Origin: Nitrososphaerota archaeon
GTDB lineage: Archaea; Thermoproteota; Nitrososphaeria_A; Caldarchaeales; Caldarchaeaceae
Direction: 5' to 3'
Assembly: GCA_041641305.1 (NCBI GenBank)
Contig: JBEPYN010000002.1
Coordinates: forward strand, 320,001-384,000
DNA: 64,000 nt
The notes below the pieces were generated by a model. It was not told the DNA's origin. It searched no databases and saw nothing but the letters and a program-made list of their open reading frames with translations. Shown here in pieces: positions 11,133-21,375 of this stretch (within the stretch, counting starts at the first letter, position 1; every line of letters begins with the position of its first letter). Position numbers and translations under genes: made by a program.

Positions 11133-12095
11133 CTACACCTCAAGTAAAGTGATTTCAGGGGCCTCCATCTGCTTGGGAGGTCTGGCCGGTGCACGGAGAA
11201 CAAGCGGCCTTAGAGGAGTGCCGGCGACCGAGCCCTCTAAGACAACGTAATCAGTTTTGATAACGCCGAACCTGTGCCATCCCGACTTCGGGTTAATCGC
11301 CGCAGGGTCATCGCCAATCCTGAGTATGCGTTTGTTAAACTCTGTCCGCCGATGATAGCCCATCTGCCCAGACCTCGGAACCGTGTACATGACGTAATGC
11401 GGGTTCCACGGCCCTATAGCAGCCACACCTCTTCTCGTTTTACGGGATTTACGCTGCAGAATAGAGACACCGTATCTCTTGACAACGCCTTGGAAGCCTT
11501 TGCCCTTGGTTACAGCTATAACGTCTATGAACTGGCCCTCTTTGAAGACATCTGTTATGCGGAGGTCTTTTCCGAGAAGCTGCTTCGCTTTCTCCAAGGC
11601 TTCATCAGGTTTGCCGCCCACCTTGATCTCCAATATCCTCGGCGTCTTGCCCGCGCCCACCAGCCTTGGCTGCGTCGCCACCACCAGCCTCACCTCATCC
11701 ACACCATCTTTGAGCTGGCCGATCTCGTCGGCGGATGGCTCAGGCTTGAACGTCGGGTTTCTCCTCTTCACATCCTCCGGCACCTCCCTGCTCCAGTATC
11801 TTCCTATGTTGACGAGTGCTCCGTCTTCGCTGCGGTAGAGGGAGATTCCTATGACTTTGAGGGGTGGAGCAGCGACCACTGTGCATGCTTTAGCTACCTC
11901 GCTTCCCTGCGTTGGCGAGTTGGGAGTGTTGTCGACGTAGTGCACCATAGTCATGCCAACCTTGTAGCCAACGAAGCCGAGAACACCCTCTCCATCGGGC
12001 CAGTGCTTGACCCGGGGAAGAATGCTCACCGCTCGGCCCCGCGGCAGATAAGCCAGAGACCCATGCCTCGGCCGCGAATACTTACGTCTGCCCAA
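11133..12095 (-). CDS. rpl3p: 50S ribosomal protein L3
   Basis: PRHGSL, GYKVGMT, TKGKGFQG, GQMGYHRRTE. Confidence 0.97.
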   Translation of the reverse strand: MGRRKYSRPRHGSLAYLPRGRAVSILPRVKHWPDGEGVLGFVGYKVGMTMVHYVDNTPNSPTQGSEVAKACTVVAAPPLKVIGISLYRSEDGALVNIGRYWSREVPEDVKRRNPTFKPEPSADEIGQLKDGVDEVRLVVATQPRLVGAGKTPRILEIKVGGKPDEALEKAKQLLGKDLRITDVFKEGQFIDVIAVTKGKGFQGVVKRYGVSILQRKSRKTRRGVAAIGPWNPHYVMYTVPRSGQMGYHRRTEFNKRILRIGDDPAAINPKSGWHRFGVIKTDYVVLEGSVAGTPLRPLVLRAPARPPKQMEAPEITLLEV

Positions 12096-12186
12096 TTTCC
12101 ACTACCTGCGTTCACCTCTAGGATGCATGATAAAAACCTTACAGAGGGTTTCAAGACTTATTTGCCGCCCAAACAGCTTGGAAGCC

Positions 12187-12660
12187 ATGAGCGACGAAAT
12201 TACAGACGAGATAATCGGTTTAATAACTTCGGAGAACGTTGTGGGGCTGGCTACGCATAGACACTATCCACGTGAGAGAATAATCTACTCGAGGTTCGGT
12301 AGATGCGGGTTCGCTATCGACGTGGTTAAGAATGTTGACGGAGTGAGGAAAACCTTCTCGGTCCTCGTCGAAGCCCATGTCGACACCGCGTCAGACAAGG
12401 TTGAGGACTTTTACAAGCTGCCGGGGAAAATCATCTACATCTTATCGTCGCCGTCGGATGGTGGAAGGGTTTTGAAGAGGCGTGAGGCGGCTTACAGGGA
12501 TGGTGATGACCTTTTCAGCAGAGTGGAACGGGTGCGGAGAAGCTTCTACAGCGTCTACAGCAGGTTGAAGGAGAAGGAGAAAGAGGCAGTAACCCGAATA
12601 GGTGAAGAGATTTTCCACGCAGTCGGGTTGACGGCCGACGAGCTTCACCTCGGCGTCTAA
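12187..12660 (+). CDS. Hypothetical protein
   Basis: ORF divergent from rpl3; ATG at 12187 is the likely start. Confidence 0.6.
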   Translation: MSDEITDEIIGLITSENVVGLATHRHYPRERIIYSRFGRCGFAIDVVKNVDGVRKTFSVLVEAHVDTASDKVEDFYKLPGKIIYILSSPSDGGRVLKRREAAYRDGDDLFSRVERVRRSFYSVYSRLKEKEKEAVTRIGEEIFHAVGLTADELHLGV

Positions 12661-12812
12661 CTCTTCACACCCGGTATCCGATAGGTCCTGTTCTCTTCAT
12701 CGCTGTGAACAAAAACGTCCCCGCATTTCCTACACCGGAAATATTTGTTGACACCCCTCTCCGCTTTCTGGTCACCGATAAACTCGAGGACATGTTCGCA
12801 GGATTCTGACAT
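12657..12812 (-). CDS. Small Zn-ribbon protein (51 aa, not in ORF track)
   Basis: MSESCEHVLEFIGDQKAERGVNKYFRCRKCGDVFVHSDEENRTYRIPGVKS; fills the gap between neighbours. Confidence 0.6.
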   Translation of the reverse strand: MSESCEHVLEFIGDQKAERGVNKYFRCRKCGDVFVHSDEENRTYRIPGVKS

Positions 12813-12865
12813 GTATGGGGTTTGTATGCGTTGGCTATATGTTTTCGAGGCGGGTTTGAGGCCCT

Positions 12866-14068
12866 ATGATGAAGTATCTGCTGACCTCTGCTGGTGACGA
12901 GGGGCCGCGGACGTTCAAAGCAAGCCGCCGCATCGACCTTAGCCAAATGATGCTCCACGTCGAAGGCGAAAACACAGCTGTGGAGGGTTTCTTCGAGGGA
13001 GTGCGTGACAACGAGGCGGTGTCCATCATCTATCCTCCCGTTGAGAAGACTCCAACTGTTCCTCGGACGTTTGACAAGGTTGTAGAATGGCTGAGGTTGT
13101 CTGAGGGGTTTGCAGGAGGCGTCGTAGACGGCGGATGCCTTGTGTTCAGGGATGTTGTCGGGCTTGTGCCTGTTTTCGCCGACAGGGAGGGGTATATTGT
13201 TACCAACGTGAAGGCTGAGGCTTTGGTGAGAGGTCTCGAGCCCCTGCCACCTGCCACTGCTCTCAACACATCAACCAAGGAAACAGTCAGATACCATAAA
13301 TGGCGGAACGTTGAGGCTGGGCCTCATCAGCTTCTCGAAACATTGGAAAAAGCCGTAGAGAAATTCTGTCCACGCCATGTATCGGTCTTCTTCTCAGGAG
13401 GTTTGGACAGTCTAATTCTCGCAAAGCTTTTACAGGACAGTGGCTTTTCACCTCTTCTTCTTACTGTTGGGACCGTGGATAGCCACGACTTCGCAGCCGC
13501 GGAGGCCGCTGCATCGTTTCTAGGTATGGATGTTGAGAAAACGGTTGTTGATGAGAAGATTGTGGCGGAGGCTTTGGAGATGATTGAAAAAGTGCTGGGA
13601 CCCCTCGGTTACATGGATGCGGCCATCGCTGTCGCCATGTATCTCCTCTCGAAAAAATCCATGGAGATGGGGTGTGGGACGGCGGTTTTGGGGCAGGGGG
13701 CTGACGAGCTCTTCGGCGGCTACATGAAGTATGAGAAGGTGTTTCATGAGCAAGGGTATCCCGCGCTAGCACATGCTCTCCAGAGAGATTTTGAGATGCT
13801 TGCTGTCGAGGGGTTGGTGAGGGATTTCACCGCAGTGAGGCTTGGCGGCGCATATCCACTCCCGCTTTATCTCACCCGAGATGTTGTCTCGGTGGCCTTG
13901 TCCATGCCAGTGGAGCAGAAGTTAGGGACTCATGGTGGAATGGTTATGAGGAAACAGGTTTTACGGATGGTGGGCAAGATGCTGGGGCTCGGCGACTTGG
14001 CTGACAGAAGTAAAAAAGCTCTTCAATATGGGTCGGGGTTGATGAAGATGGTGAGAAGACTTCGTTGA
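12866..14068 (+). CDS. Asparagine synthetase-related PP-loop protein
   Basis: FSGGLDS, LGQGADELFGGY, RKQVLR, KKALQYGSG; N-terminal glutaminase Cys not evident. Confidence 0.85.
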   Translation: MMKYLLTSAGDEGPRTFKASRRIDLSQMMLHVEGENTAVEGFFEGVRDNEAVSIIYPPVEKTPTVPRTFDKVVEWLRLSEGFAGGVVDGGCLVFRDVVGLVPVFADREGYIVTNVKAEALVRGLEPLPPATALNTSTKETVRYHKWRNVEAGPHQLLETLEKAVEKFCPRHVSVFFSGGLDSLILAKLLQDSGFSPLLLTVGTVDSHDFAAAEAAASFLGMDVEKTVVDEKIVAEALEMIEKVLGPLGYMDAAIAVAMYLLSKKSMEMGCGTAVLGQGADELFGGYMKYEKVFHEQGYPALAHALQRDFEMLAVEGLVRDFTAVRLGGAYPLPLYLTRDVVSVALSMPVEQKLGTHGGMVMRKQVLRMVGKMLGLGDLADRSKKALQYGSGLMKMVRRLR

Positions 14069-14532
14069 AGCAGCTTGTCTCAGCACTTCTTCTTCTCAAG
14101 AGGCTTCCGCGCACGGGCTGGCTCGAGGAAGGTGTCAAAGATCCCGAAAGTGTGGCAAGCCACAGCTACTCCCTCGCGGTATTGGCCATGGTGGAGGCCG
14201 AAGCTCGTGGCCTCGATGCCTGCAAAGCCGTGAAAATGGCCCTACTACACGACCTCGCCGAAAGCTACACAGGAGACCTAACACCCGCCACCAAGAAAAA
14301 CATCCCAAAAAACATACTGCACCAAGTCGAGAAAGCAATTATCAGAGAACTGGTCTCCAGCCTCCCAGCCCAAACCGCCCAGCAATACATCAAGCTACAC
14401 GAAGAATACCTTAGGAGAAAAACCCCAGAAGCACGTCTTGTCCACAGGCTCGACCGCAGAGAACTCGTCGCAGAAGCCCTCTGGCTCAACAAAAGACAAA
14501 GAATCAACTTGGAAAGATTCGGCATAGCTTAA
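14065..14532 (+). CDS. HD-domain 5'-deoxynucleotidase (YfbR/HDDC2-like)
   Basis: LKRLPRTGW, ESVASHS, ALLHDLAES.TGD. Confidence 0.9.
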   Translation: MKQLVSALLLLKRLPRTGWLEEGVKDPESVASHSYSLAVLAMVEAEARGLDACKAVKMALLHDLAESYTGDLTPATKKNIPKNILHQVEKAIIRELVSSLPAQTAQQYIKLHEEYLRRKTPEARLVHRLDRRELVAEALWLNKRQRINLERFGIA

Positions 14533-14554
14533 AAGCGACGGGGCCATTGATTGC

Positions 14555-15628
14555 TTGGGTTTGGCGGCTGACGACTACGTAGTGAAGGCGCTTCTCTCAG
14601 GTTTTCCGTTTCTGAGAGAAGTTAGGGACTATGTTGCGCAGCAGGGATTGCGTCTAGAGGATTTTGAGGGCAACAACGAGTACCTCGAGGCTGCTGTGAG
14701 GAGGGTTGAGGAGGCTCTCCGCCGCTGGCCCGCACAACGTCTTCAACACTTTGAGACAAGCGATGTCGAAATCTTCAGCCACCCACTTGCCATGGCTCTT
14801 GTAGCGATGCTTGACAGCCCCTTCGCCAAGAGAAGGTTCGCGGCCTACGAGGCCGAAAGATATGCGGCGATGTTGAAAAACACACGAGAGGAGCAGCGGA
14901 AGGTTCTCGCATACGTGATGTCCGAGGTTCTTGGCATGAGGATAAGAGAGGGCCAGCCGCCGTATGAGTATTGGATACATTTCGTCGACTATCTCAGACA
15001 TGCTACACCCCTCAACGAGCCGCGGTTCAAACTGGTAAACAGAATCCTTGACAAAGGATACGTCGCCGTGACACGCAGCGAAGCACTGACGCTTGTCAAA
15101 AACGGCCTCGAGAAACTCATCCATCAGAGGCTCGAGAAAATGGGCAGCCTAGCTCCACCACCCTTCCTCGAAAAACATGTGCAGAGGTTGAAGAAGCTGC
15201 TTGAATCTGTTCACCAGAGAGAAGCGGCTCCCGCTGTTAGGCTTGACCCCGACAAATGGCCGCCATGCATGCAGGCTCTTCGGAAACGTCTTCTCGCAGG
15301 CGAGCCGGTGAGTCATTTCGGCAACTTCGCCGCCGCAGCCTTCATGCTACGCATAGGTATGACCGTGGAAGAGGTTGTCAACATCTACAGCCAGCGGGGA
15401 GACTTCGACCCCAAGATAGCGAGGTATCAGGTCGAGCACATCGCAGGCCTCAAGGGAAGCCGGACAAAATACAGCGTCCCCCGATGCGCAACCATGCAGA
15501 CACACGGTCTCTGCATAGAGGAGGGCAGGCTCTGCGGAGGCGTCAAAACACCTCTTCAGTTTTATAAGAGAGTGAAAGCTGGAATAAGAAATGAGCGGAG
15601 CAGGGCAGACGCTTCTGCAGGCGGTTAA
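14555..15628 (+). CDS. priL: DNA primase large subunit
   Basis: WPPCM, DFD.KIARYQVEHI.G, Y..PRCATM..GLC Fe-S domain. Confidence 0.93.
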   Translation: MGLAADDYVVKALLSGFPFLREVRDYVAQQGLRLEDFEGNNEYLEAAVRRVEEALRRWPAQRLQHFETSDVEIFSHPLAMALVAMLDSPFAKRRFAAYEAERYAAMLKNTREEQRKVLAYVMSEVLGMRIREGQPPYEYWIHFVDYLRHATPLNEPRFKLVNRILDKGYVAVTRSEALTLVKNGLEKLIHQRLEKMGSLAPPPFLEKHVQRLKKLLESVHQREAAPAVRLDPDKWPPCMQALRKRLLAGEPVSHFGNFAAAAFMLRIGMTVEEVVNIYSQRGDFDPKIARYQVEHIAGLKGSRTKYSVPRCATMQTHGLCIEEGRLCGGVKTPLQFYKRVKAGIRNERSRADASAGG

Positions 15629-16808
15629 ACGTAACCTTGCACTCATAGCCGCGGCACAGGCTTTTTTGACGATTAATGTCCAGACATTTGTGGTGCATGT
15701 TCCGATAACAATATCTCTCCTAGGCGGGTCGGCTGCTCTGGCTGGGCTGGGTTCTGCGCTGATGTGGGGTGGGAGAATCGTGACAACCTATCAGATGGGT
15801 AGGCTGATGGACAGAGTTGGACGAATGCCGATCATCTACTCGGGAATGGTTATAGTAGCGTTGTCCGCGGCAGCTGCCTCGTTTTTCTACCAGCAACGGT
15901 TCATGGAGGCTTTCCTGCTAGTGATTGTCTTGTTCGGTGTTGGCCGTGGGATGGCTGACTATGGCAGGATGGCCGCTGGAGACATGCTGCCGCCCGAGAA
16001 ACGCGGCGTGGGAACAGGTGTTATCTTGACTGGGAGCATGGTGGGAACTTTGGCTGTGCCGCCGATAGTCGCGGCTGTTCAGATGCTCGCGGGCGGGGAA
16101 AACATCGCCGCAACCTATCTCATGCTCATACCCTTCGCCGCCGCAGGCTTTGCTGTTGCATACGCCGTGAAACCCGACCCGCTCCAGATAGCCAAGGCCC
16201 TCAGATACAGTAACCCAGCCGAAACACCTCAACAAGCCGCAAGAAAGCTCTCGGCCATCATAAACCGTAGACTGGTTTTCGCATACGTGTCGGCCGCGGT
16301 GGCCACGGGTGTGATGGTTGCCTTCATGTCGCTCGGCTCCCTGCTCCTACATCTCGGACATGTTGAGACAACAGTCATCTCAGCCATCGTAACCGTCCAC
16401 GTCATAGGGATGTACGCGTTCTCCATACCTCTTGGAAAAGCAGCCGATATGGTTGGAAGAGTGCCTGTCACGCTGGCTGGGGTGATTGTCTGCTCCATAG
16501 GCTCCTACATAATGTCCGTCAGCAAAAGCCTCGACATAGTCACCCTAGGCATGTTTCTCGTCGGCGTGGGATGGAGCGCGGCAACAGTCGGCTCAATAGC
16601 CCTCATCTCAGACGAGACACAGCCATCCGAGAGAGGAAAAGCCATGGGCCTCAACGACACAACCACAGCACTCACATCACTCACCGCACCAATACTACTA
16701 TCAATAATCTTCCAAAACCACGGAAACACAGCTCTAGGCCTCGCAGGACTGGCAGCAGCCACACCAACAATAATACTCGCAATAACCACCAAAAACAAAA
16801 AAGAGTAA
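15591..16808 (+). CDS. MFS transporter
   Basis: About 12 hydrophobic segments; GRLMDRVGR and GKAADMVGR motif A. Confidence 0.9.
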   Translation: MSGAGQTLLQAVKRNLALIAAAQAFLTINVQTFVVHVPITISLLGGSAALAGLGSALMWGGRIVTTYQMGRLMDRVGRMPIIYSGMVIVALSAAAASFFYQQRFMEAFLLVIVLFGVGRGMADYGRMAAGDMLPPEKRGVGTGVILTGSMVGTLAVPPIVAAVQMLAGGENIAATYLMLIPFAAAGFAVAYAVKPDPLQIAKALRYSNPAETPQQAARKLSAIINRRLVFAYVSAAVATGVMVAFMSLGSLLLHLGHVETTVISAIVTVHVIGMYAFSIPLGKAADMVGRVPVTLAGVIVCSIGSYIMSVSKSLDIVTLGMFLVGVGWSAATVGSIALISDETQPSERGKAMGLNDTTTALTSLTAPILLSIIFQNHGNTALGLAGLAAATPTIILAITTKNKKE

Positions 16809-16891
16809 TAGACCTCGGCTTCACAAATTTTTTATCAACGTAGTTAAAATTAATGGAACGGGTTTTATTGGTGCTAATTTTTAGGCCTCCT

Positions 16892-17099
16892 ATGGTTTGT
16901 TTTTCTGACAAGTCTTGGCATCACATATCGACTAGGCATTCTGAAGTATCACCTTACAGAGATGAAATAGTCAACACGGTTAAGGAGTCTGACATTTGGT
17001 GGTTGTTTATAGGGTGTTGACGAGAAAAAGCATATTATAACCGCATACTTTACATTAGATGTGGGGAGGTTAAAGGGTGAGGTTGTTTGGAGAAAATAG
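16892..17099 (+). pseudogene. Decayed toxin (RelE/DUF4258-like) upstream of a DUF2283 gene
   Basis: Fragments in different frames: WHHISTRHSE..., LVVVYR, IITAYFT...VVWRK*. Confidence 0.55.
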
Positions 17100-17302
17100 C
17101 TCTTAAACTTTACGTAGATTATGATGAGGATAATGATGTTCTCTACATATCTTTCGGCGAGCCACGGGAGGCCGATGACAGCGTAGAGTCTCAGGAAGGA
17201 GTCATATTGCGAACAAGAGAGGGAGAACTAGTAGGGATAACGATAGTAGGGCTCAAGTCGCGAAAGAAAATAAACCATAATAAGCCTCCGCAGAGTTTCT
17301 GA
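17087..17302 (+). CDS. DUF2283 family protein (putative antitoxin)
   Basis: YDEDNDVLYI...GELVGITI. Confidence 0.85.
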   Translation: MEKIALKLYVDYDEDNDVLYISFGEPREADDSVESQEGVILRTREGELVGITIVGLKSRKKINHNKPPQSF

Positions 17303-17334
17303 ACCCTATTCAACAAAGAAAACAAAATAAAGAA

Positions 17335-17940
17335 TTAGACCTTTACTTTGGAGAATCTTTTTTCGACGTCGTCCCAGTTGACGACTTCCCACCACTTGTC
17401 TACGTATGCGGCGCGGTCGTTTTTGTATTGTAGGTAGTAGGCGTGCTCCCATACGTCGAGGGTTAGCAGCAGTGGGAGGTCGGGTGGATGCATGAAGTTC
17501 TGTTTCTCAACTTGGTAGATGAGAAGTGTCTCGGACTCGGCGTCGTATGTGAGTATGGCCCATCCCACGGCCTCGACATTCTTAGCCGCGTCGCTGAACT
17601 GTTTCTTGAAGTTCTCGAAGCTGCCGAAGTCCTTGTTTATCTGGTCGGCTATTGCTCCGCCCGGTGTCCCTCCGCCCTTTCCCGGCGGCGCCATGTTTGG
17701 CCAAAAGACTGAGTGGAGCTTGTGTCCGCTGAGGTTGAAGCTGAGGTCACGCAGTATGCCGCGTATGTTCTCCGGGTTCTCCCCCTTCCGTTGTTTCTCC
17801 AGCCTCTCCAAAGCCGCGTTGGCGCCGTTAACATACGCCTGATGATGCTTGGTGTGGTGAAGCGTCATGATCTCACCAGAGATAATAGGCTCCAACGCAT
17901 TATAGGCATAGGGCAGTTGTGGTAATGTATATTTCTTCAT
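17335..17940 (-). CDS. sod: Fe/Mn superoxide dismutase
   Basis: LPYAYNALEP, HHTKHHQAY, DVWEHAYY. Confidence 0.97.
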   Translation of the reverse strand: MKKYTLPQLPYAYNALEPIISGEIMTLHHTKHHQAYVNGANAALERLEKQRKGENPENIRGILRDLSFNLSGHKLHSVFWPNMAPPGKGGGTPGGAIADQINKDFGSFENFKKQFSDAAKNVEAVGWAILTYDAESETLLIYQVEKQNFMHPPDLPLLLTLDVWEHAYYLQYKNDRAAYVDKWWEVVNWDDVEKRFSKVKV

Positions 17941-17984
17941 GTGGGCAAACAGGTAACGCGTTTATAAAAAAGTATCGCATCGTG

Positions 17985-19127
17985 TCATTTTTTGGAGAGA
18001 AGCGGGATAAATGGGAGAAGCAGGGTGTATAGTGCCGCAGCTGTGTAGAATGAAGCGGTGAAGCTTTTGAAAGCTTCGTGCAGAACACCGAAGAAAAGAG
18101 GCATAGCTATGGCTCCTGCCGCGGCAGACGTGTTGAGATAACCCGCCGCCACACCTGCCACGCCTTGGGGATACCTGTCCCGGAGTATGGCGAAGGCCGC
18201 TGGAGTGGGCAGGTAAACTAGGAAACCCAGAGCCGTCATGTGGATGGGGAGCAGCCAGGCCGGTGTGCTGGAGGCCGTGGCCAGCGATGCTGCGAGAGCC
18301 GCGGCGTTTAATGCAAGCACCCTTGTTTTCCCCAGCAGGTCGGTGATGTAGCCGCCCAAGGTGAGAGAAACTATGCCCGCCGTCTGGAGAACAAACGCGT
18401 ACGAGGCTGCCAAGCCACCCGGCATTCCATAAACCTTGGCGAGAGCCGTAGGCATCCACGTGGTTACGGCGATTATCACACCTAGGCGCACAAAATGCAG
18501 CATGTTAAGAAAATAGAAGGCCGCGTCTCTACGAAAATTGACCGACTGTCTTATACTGAAGCTGTGTTGCCGTGAAAGAAATGTTAGAAATGTGGCGACG
18601 GGGATGAGTGTGGCGAAGAGCAGGGTCGAGTGTGTTAACCCTGTTTGCCATCCGCCGTTGCCTGAGGCGTTGAAGCTGTAGACCGCGCCCAGCCCGGTGC
18701 CGATGTTGAACCCGCATGCCACAAATCCCGTCGCTAACGAGCGTCTCCTCTCACAGACCTCGAAAGCAAGCTGTAGACTTGGAATAAAAACCGCGCCGCC
18801 GATAAACCCTTGAATAAACCGGTAAACCAGAATCTCAAACCATGTGGACGAGGTTGCGAAGAAAAAATGTGTAAAAGTGTATAGAACAAGTCCGGAGGAA
18901 ATAACTTTCCACCTGCCAAGCTTCTCGGCCAAAATGGCGAATGGCACTTGGCTAATCAGATATCCCGCGAAGAAGGCGGAGCCGATCAACCCGCCCTCCG
19001 CATAGGGGACGCCTACGTCATCCAATATGTTAGAAAGCAGGGATGAAAACGAGCCTACATAGGCGCCGAAAACAACGTTAGCCAAAACCCCTCCGACAAC
19101 AGGAAGCCATTCACCGTACCTGCGCAC
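17985..19127 (-). CDS. MFS transporter
   Basis: Multiple TM segments; LAEKLGR and GGYITDLLG motifs. Confidence 0.88.
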   Translation of the reverse strand: MRRYGEWLPVVGGVLANVVFGAYVGSFSSLLSNILDDVGVPYAEGGLIGSAFFAGYLISQVPFAILAEKLGRWKVISSGLVLYTFTHFFFATSSTWFEILVYRFIQGFIGGAVFIPSLQLAFEVCERRRSLATGFVACGFNIGTGLGAVYSFNASGNGGWQTGLTHSTLLFATLIPVATFLTFLSRQHSFSIRQSVNFRRDAAFYFLNMLHFVRLGVIIAVTTWMPTALAKVYGMPGGLAASYAFVLQTAGIVSLTLGGYITDLLGKTRVLALNAAALAASLATASSTPAWLLPIHMTALGFLVYLPTPAAFAILRDRYPQGVAGVAAGYLNTSAAAGAIAMPLFFGVLHEAFKSFTASFYTAAALYTLLLPFIPLLSKK

Positions 19128-19204
19128 GGTCAGACCTTTGTCACCCTTTATTTAAGCCACCCCAAAACTCATATCACAAAGCATCAACCAAGTCTTACCA
19201 AGGC

Positions 19205-19858
19205 TTGGACAGGGAAAGCTTCAAGGAAATAGTCGAGGTTTTGAAGAGACGATATGGAGGACACGCCTTCCCCATGCATGTCAGCGACAGGGATGCGTTC
19301 AAAGTCCTTGTCGGAGCAGTTCTCTCACATCGAACACGTGACGAGAAAACCGACGAAGCCTACCACAACCTTTTCACACATTTCAAAAACCCGCGTGACC
19401 TCGCTTCAGCCGATGTACGAACCATCGCACGCCTCATCAAACCCGTCGGCTTCTATCGACAGAAAGCCAAGAGAATTAAGCAGCTGGCGCAGATTGTTTA
19501 CGGCCGGTTGGGTGGCCGTGTTCCCGACAGTCGGGAGGAGTTGTTGAAGCTTCCCGGCGTCGGCCCCAAGTCGGCTGACATCGTTTTATCGGTTGTTTTC
19601 GGAAGGCCTGAGATTGCGGTTGACACGCATGTGGAGACTGTTTCTAAGAGGCTGGGTATCGTCGACGAGAAGGCTGGATACGAGGAGGTGAAGAAGGCTT
19701 TGACCACACTGACCACGGCCAGCGACATACTTCTAATCAATCATCTCTTCGTCAGGTTTGGGCGCGAGATATGCCGGAGGCCTAGGCCACGTTGCAGCGT
19801 CTGCCCAATAACCATGTATTGCCGCTACTATAGGGAGGTCAGAGCCCGAGCTTCTTAA
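19205..19858 (+). CDS. nth: Endonuclease III
   Basis: HhH LPGVGPKSA, VDTHV, C-X6-C-X2-C-X5-C. Confidence 0.95.
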   Translation: MDRESFKEIVEVLKRRYGGHAFPMHVSDRDAFKVLVGAVLSHRTRDEKTDEAYHNLFTHFKNPRDLASADVRTIARLIKPVGFYRQKAKRIKQLAQIVYGRLGGRVPDSREELLKLPGVGPKSADIVLSVVFGRPEIAVDTHVETVSKRLGIVDEKAGYEEVKKALTTLTTASDILLINHLFVRFGREICRRPRPRCSVCPITMYCRYYREVRARAS

Positions 19859-20297
19859 TTGTCTGGAGTACCTCTTCAGCGTGGCCGTCGGCGACAACCT
19901 TGTGAAACGCAGCCCTAATTACGCCGTCTTTGTCGATGATGAATGTTTTTCTTATGCAGCGTCCTTTCTCCTCGCTGTAGCTGTTGTATAGCCGCGCAAC
20001 CTTTCCATCAGCATCTGTCAAAAGTGTGAAATTCAGCCCATATTTTGCGATGAATTTTTGATGCGATTCTGGGCTGTCGACGCTTACGCCCACCACGTTT
20101 ACACCATGTTTACTCAGTTTCTCCATCGAGTCTCTGAAGCCGCAGGCCTCGGTTGTGCATCCAGGTGTATCGTCTTTTGGATAAAAGTAGAGAACGAGCG
20201 CCCTGCCGCTTTGGAGGAGCTGTTTTAGACTGGTTTTGCGTCCTTGATGGTCTGGTAGCTCGAAGTCCGGGGCCTTGTCGCCTGGCTCGGGCTTCAT
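19839..20297 (-). CDS. bcp: Peroxiredoxin (BCP/PrxQ)
   Basis: FYPKDDTPGCTTEAC. Confidence 0.95.
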   Translation of the reverse strand: MKPEPGDKAPDFELPDHQGRKTSLKQLLQSGRALVLYFYPKDDTPGCTTEACGFRDSMEKLSKHGVNVVGVSVDSPESHQKFIAKYGLNFTLLTDADGKVARLYNSYSEEKGRCIRKTFIIDKDGVIRAAFHKVVADGHAEEVLQTIKKLGL

Positions 20298-20647
20298 TTC
20301 AGGTTGAAGCTCTGTCCGCAGCCGCAGCTGGAGACGACGTTGGGGTTGTTGATGGCGAACCCTGAGCCCATCACGTCCTCGATGTAGTCGATTTCAGAGC
20401 CCTCGAGAAACGGTGCGCTAAAGCTATCCACCACAACTTTTACACCATATGCGTTGACGACGACATCATCCTCGTAGATGTTCTCGTCCAGCGCCATGCC
20501 ATAGCGGTACCCCGAGCACCCGCCGCCGGTTATGTATATCCTGAGAGCCATGTTTTCGCTGCCGCCCTCCTGCTCAATAAGCTGAGCAATCTTCTTTGCA
20601 GCCCGCTCGGTAACCGTCAGCTTGAAAGCTTCCTTCTGAACCTCCAT
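20294..20647 (-). CDS. A-type Fe-S carrier (IscA/ErpA/HesB)
   Basis: GGGCSG and C-terminal CGCGQSF. Confidence 0.95.
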   Translation of the reverse strand: MEVQKEAFKLTVTERAAKKIAQLIEQEGGSENMALRIYITGGGCSGYRYGMALDENIYEDDVVVNAYGVKVVVDSFSAPFLEGSEIDYIEDVMGSGFAINNPNVVSSCGCGQSFNLK

Positions 20648-20658
20648 GCCTGCTGTAG

Positions 20659-21375
20659 TTGTTAAGCCTTATAAAAGCATTTGCAACTTACACTTTTAAA
20701 CTGGCGGTGCAATCCAGAGGAACAGGTTTGAAGATAGTGGCGGAGGACGCTGAATCCATTACGCTTGACGTTACAGACTTACCGCATCCTCTGGCGAATG
20801 CGCTGAGGCGGATGATTATCCGCGAGGTACCCACCATGGCTGTTGAGGAGATTCTGGTTATTGAGAATTCGTCGGCCATGACTAATGAGGTGCTGGCTCA
20901 CAGGATCTCTCTCATCCCCTTCATAACTGATTTGGATAACTTTAACGTGGCCGAGGAATGTAGTTGCCAGAGTAGGCTTGGCTGCGAAAAATGTGTCGTC
21001 AGGTTCGTGTTGAGAGCGGAAGCATCGGAACAGCCGATAACGGTCTACAGCCGCGACATCAAGCCAGAGAGACATGACACGAAGGTCGCGCCCTTCGACG
21101 GAAACATCCCGATAGTGGCTCTTGCCCCTCGTCAGAAAATAGAGCTGGAGCTGTATGTAAGACTCGGGAGAGGGAAGAAACATGCAAAATGGCAGTCGGG
21201 AATAGCTACTCTCTATCAAGAGGATTCCCGCTGGCTTCTTTACGTCGAGAGCTACGGGTTTCTGCCGCCGCGGCGGATGGTTCTCGAAGCCGCCAGAATA
21301 GTTAAAACGAGGATTGAAGAAATCGGCGCAGGTCTGAGGGAGTTGATGGCCCGTGAGCCGCAGGGTGCAGGCTGA
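20659..21375 (+). CDS. rpoD: RNA polymerase subunit D (Rpo3)
   Basis: ANALRR...EVPTMAV, EVLAHRISLIP, GKKHAKW; true start may be slightly downstream. Confidence 0.95.
   Translation: MLSLIKAFATYTFKLAVQSRGTGLKIVAEDAESITLDVTDLPHPLANALRRMIIREVPTMAVEEILVIENSSAMTNEVLAHRISLIPFITDLDNFNVAEECSCQSRLGCEKCVVRFVLRAEASEQPITVYSRDIKPERHDTKVAPFDGNIPIVALAPRQKIELELYVRLGRGKKHAKWQSGIATLYQEDSRWLLYVESYGFLPPRRMVLEAARIVKTRIEEIGAGLRELMAREPQGAG

Noticed and set aside
11274-12260. 328-aa plus-strand ORF and similar long antisense ORFs (9964-10704, 20779-21525, 25969-26601, 44573-45193)
   Set aside because: Shadows of well-supported genes on the opposite strand
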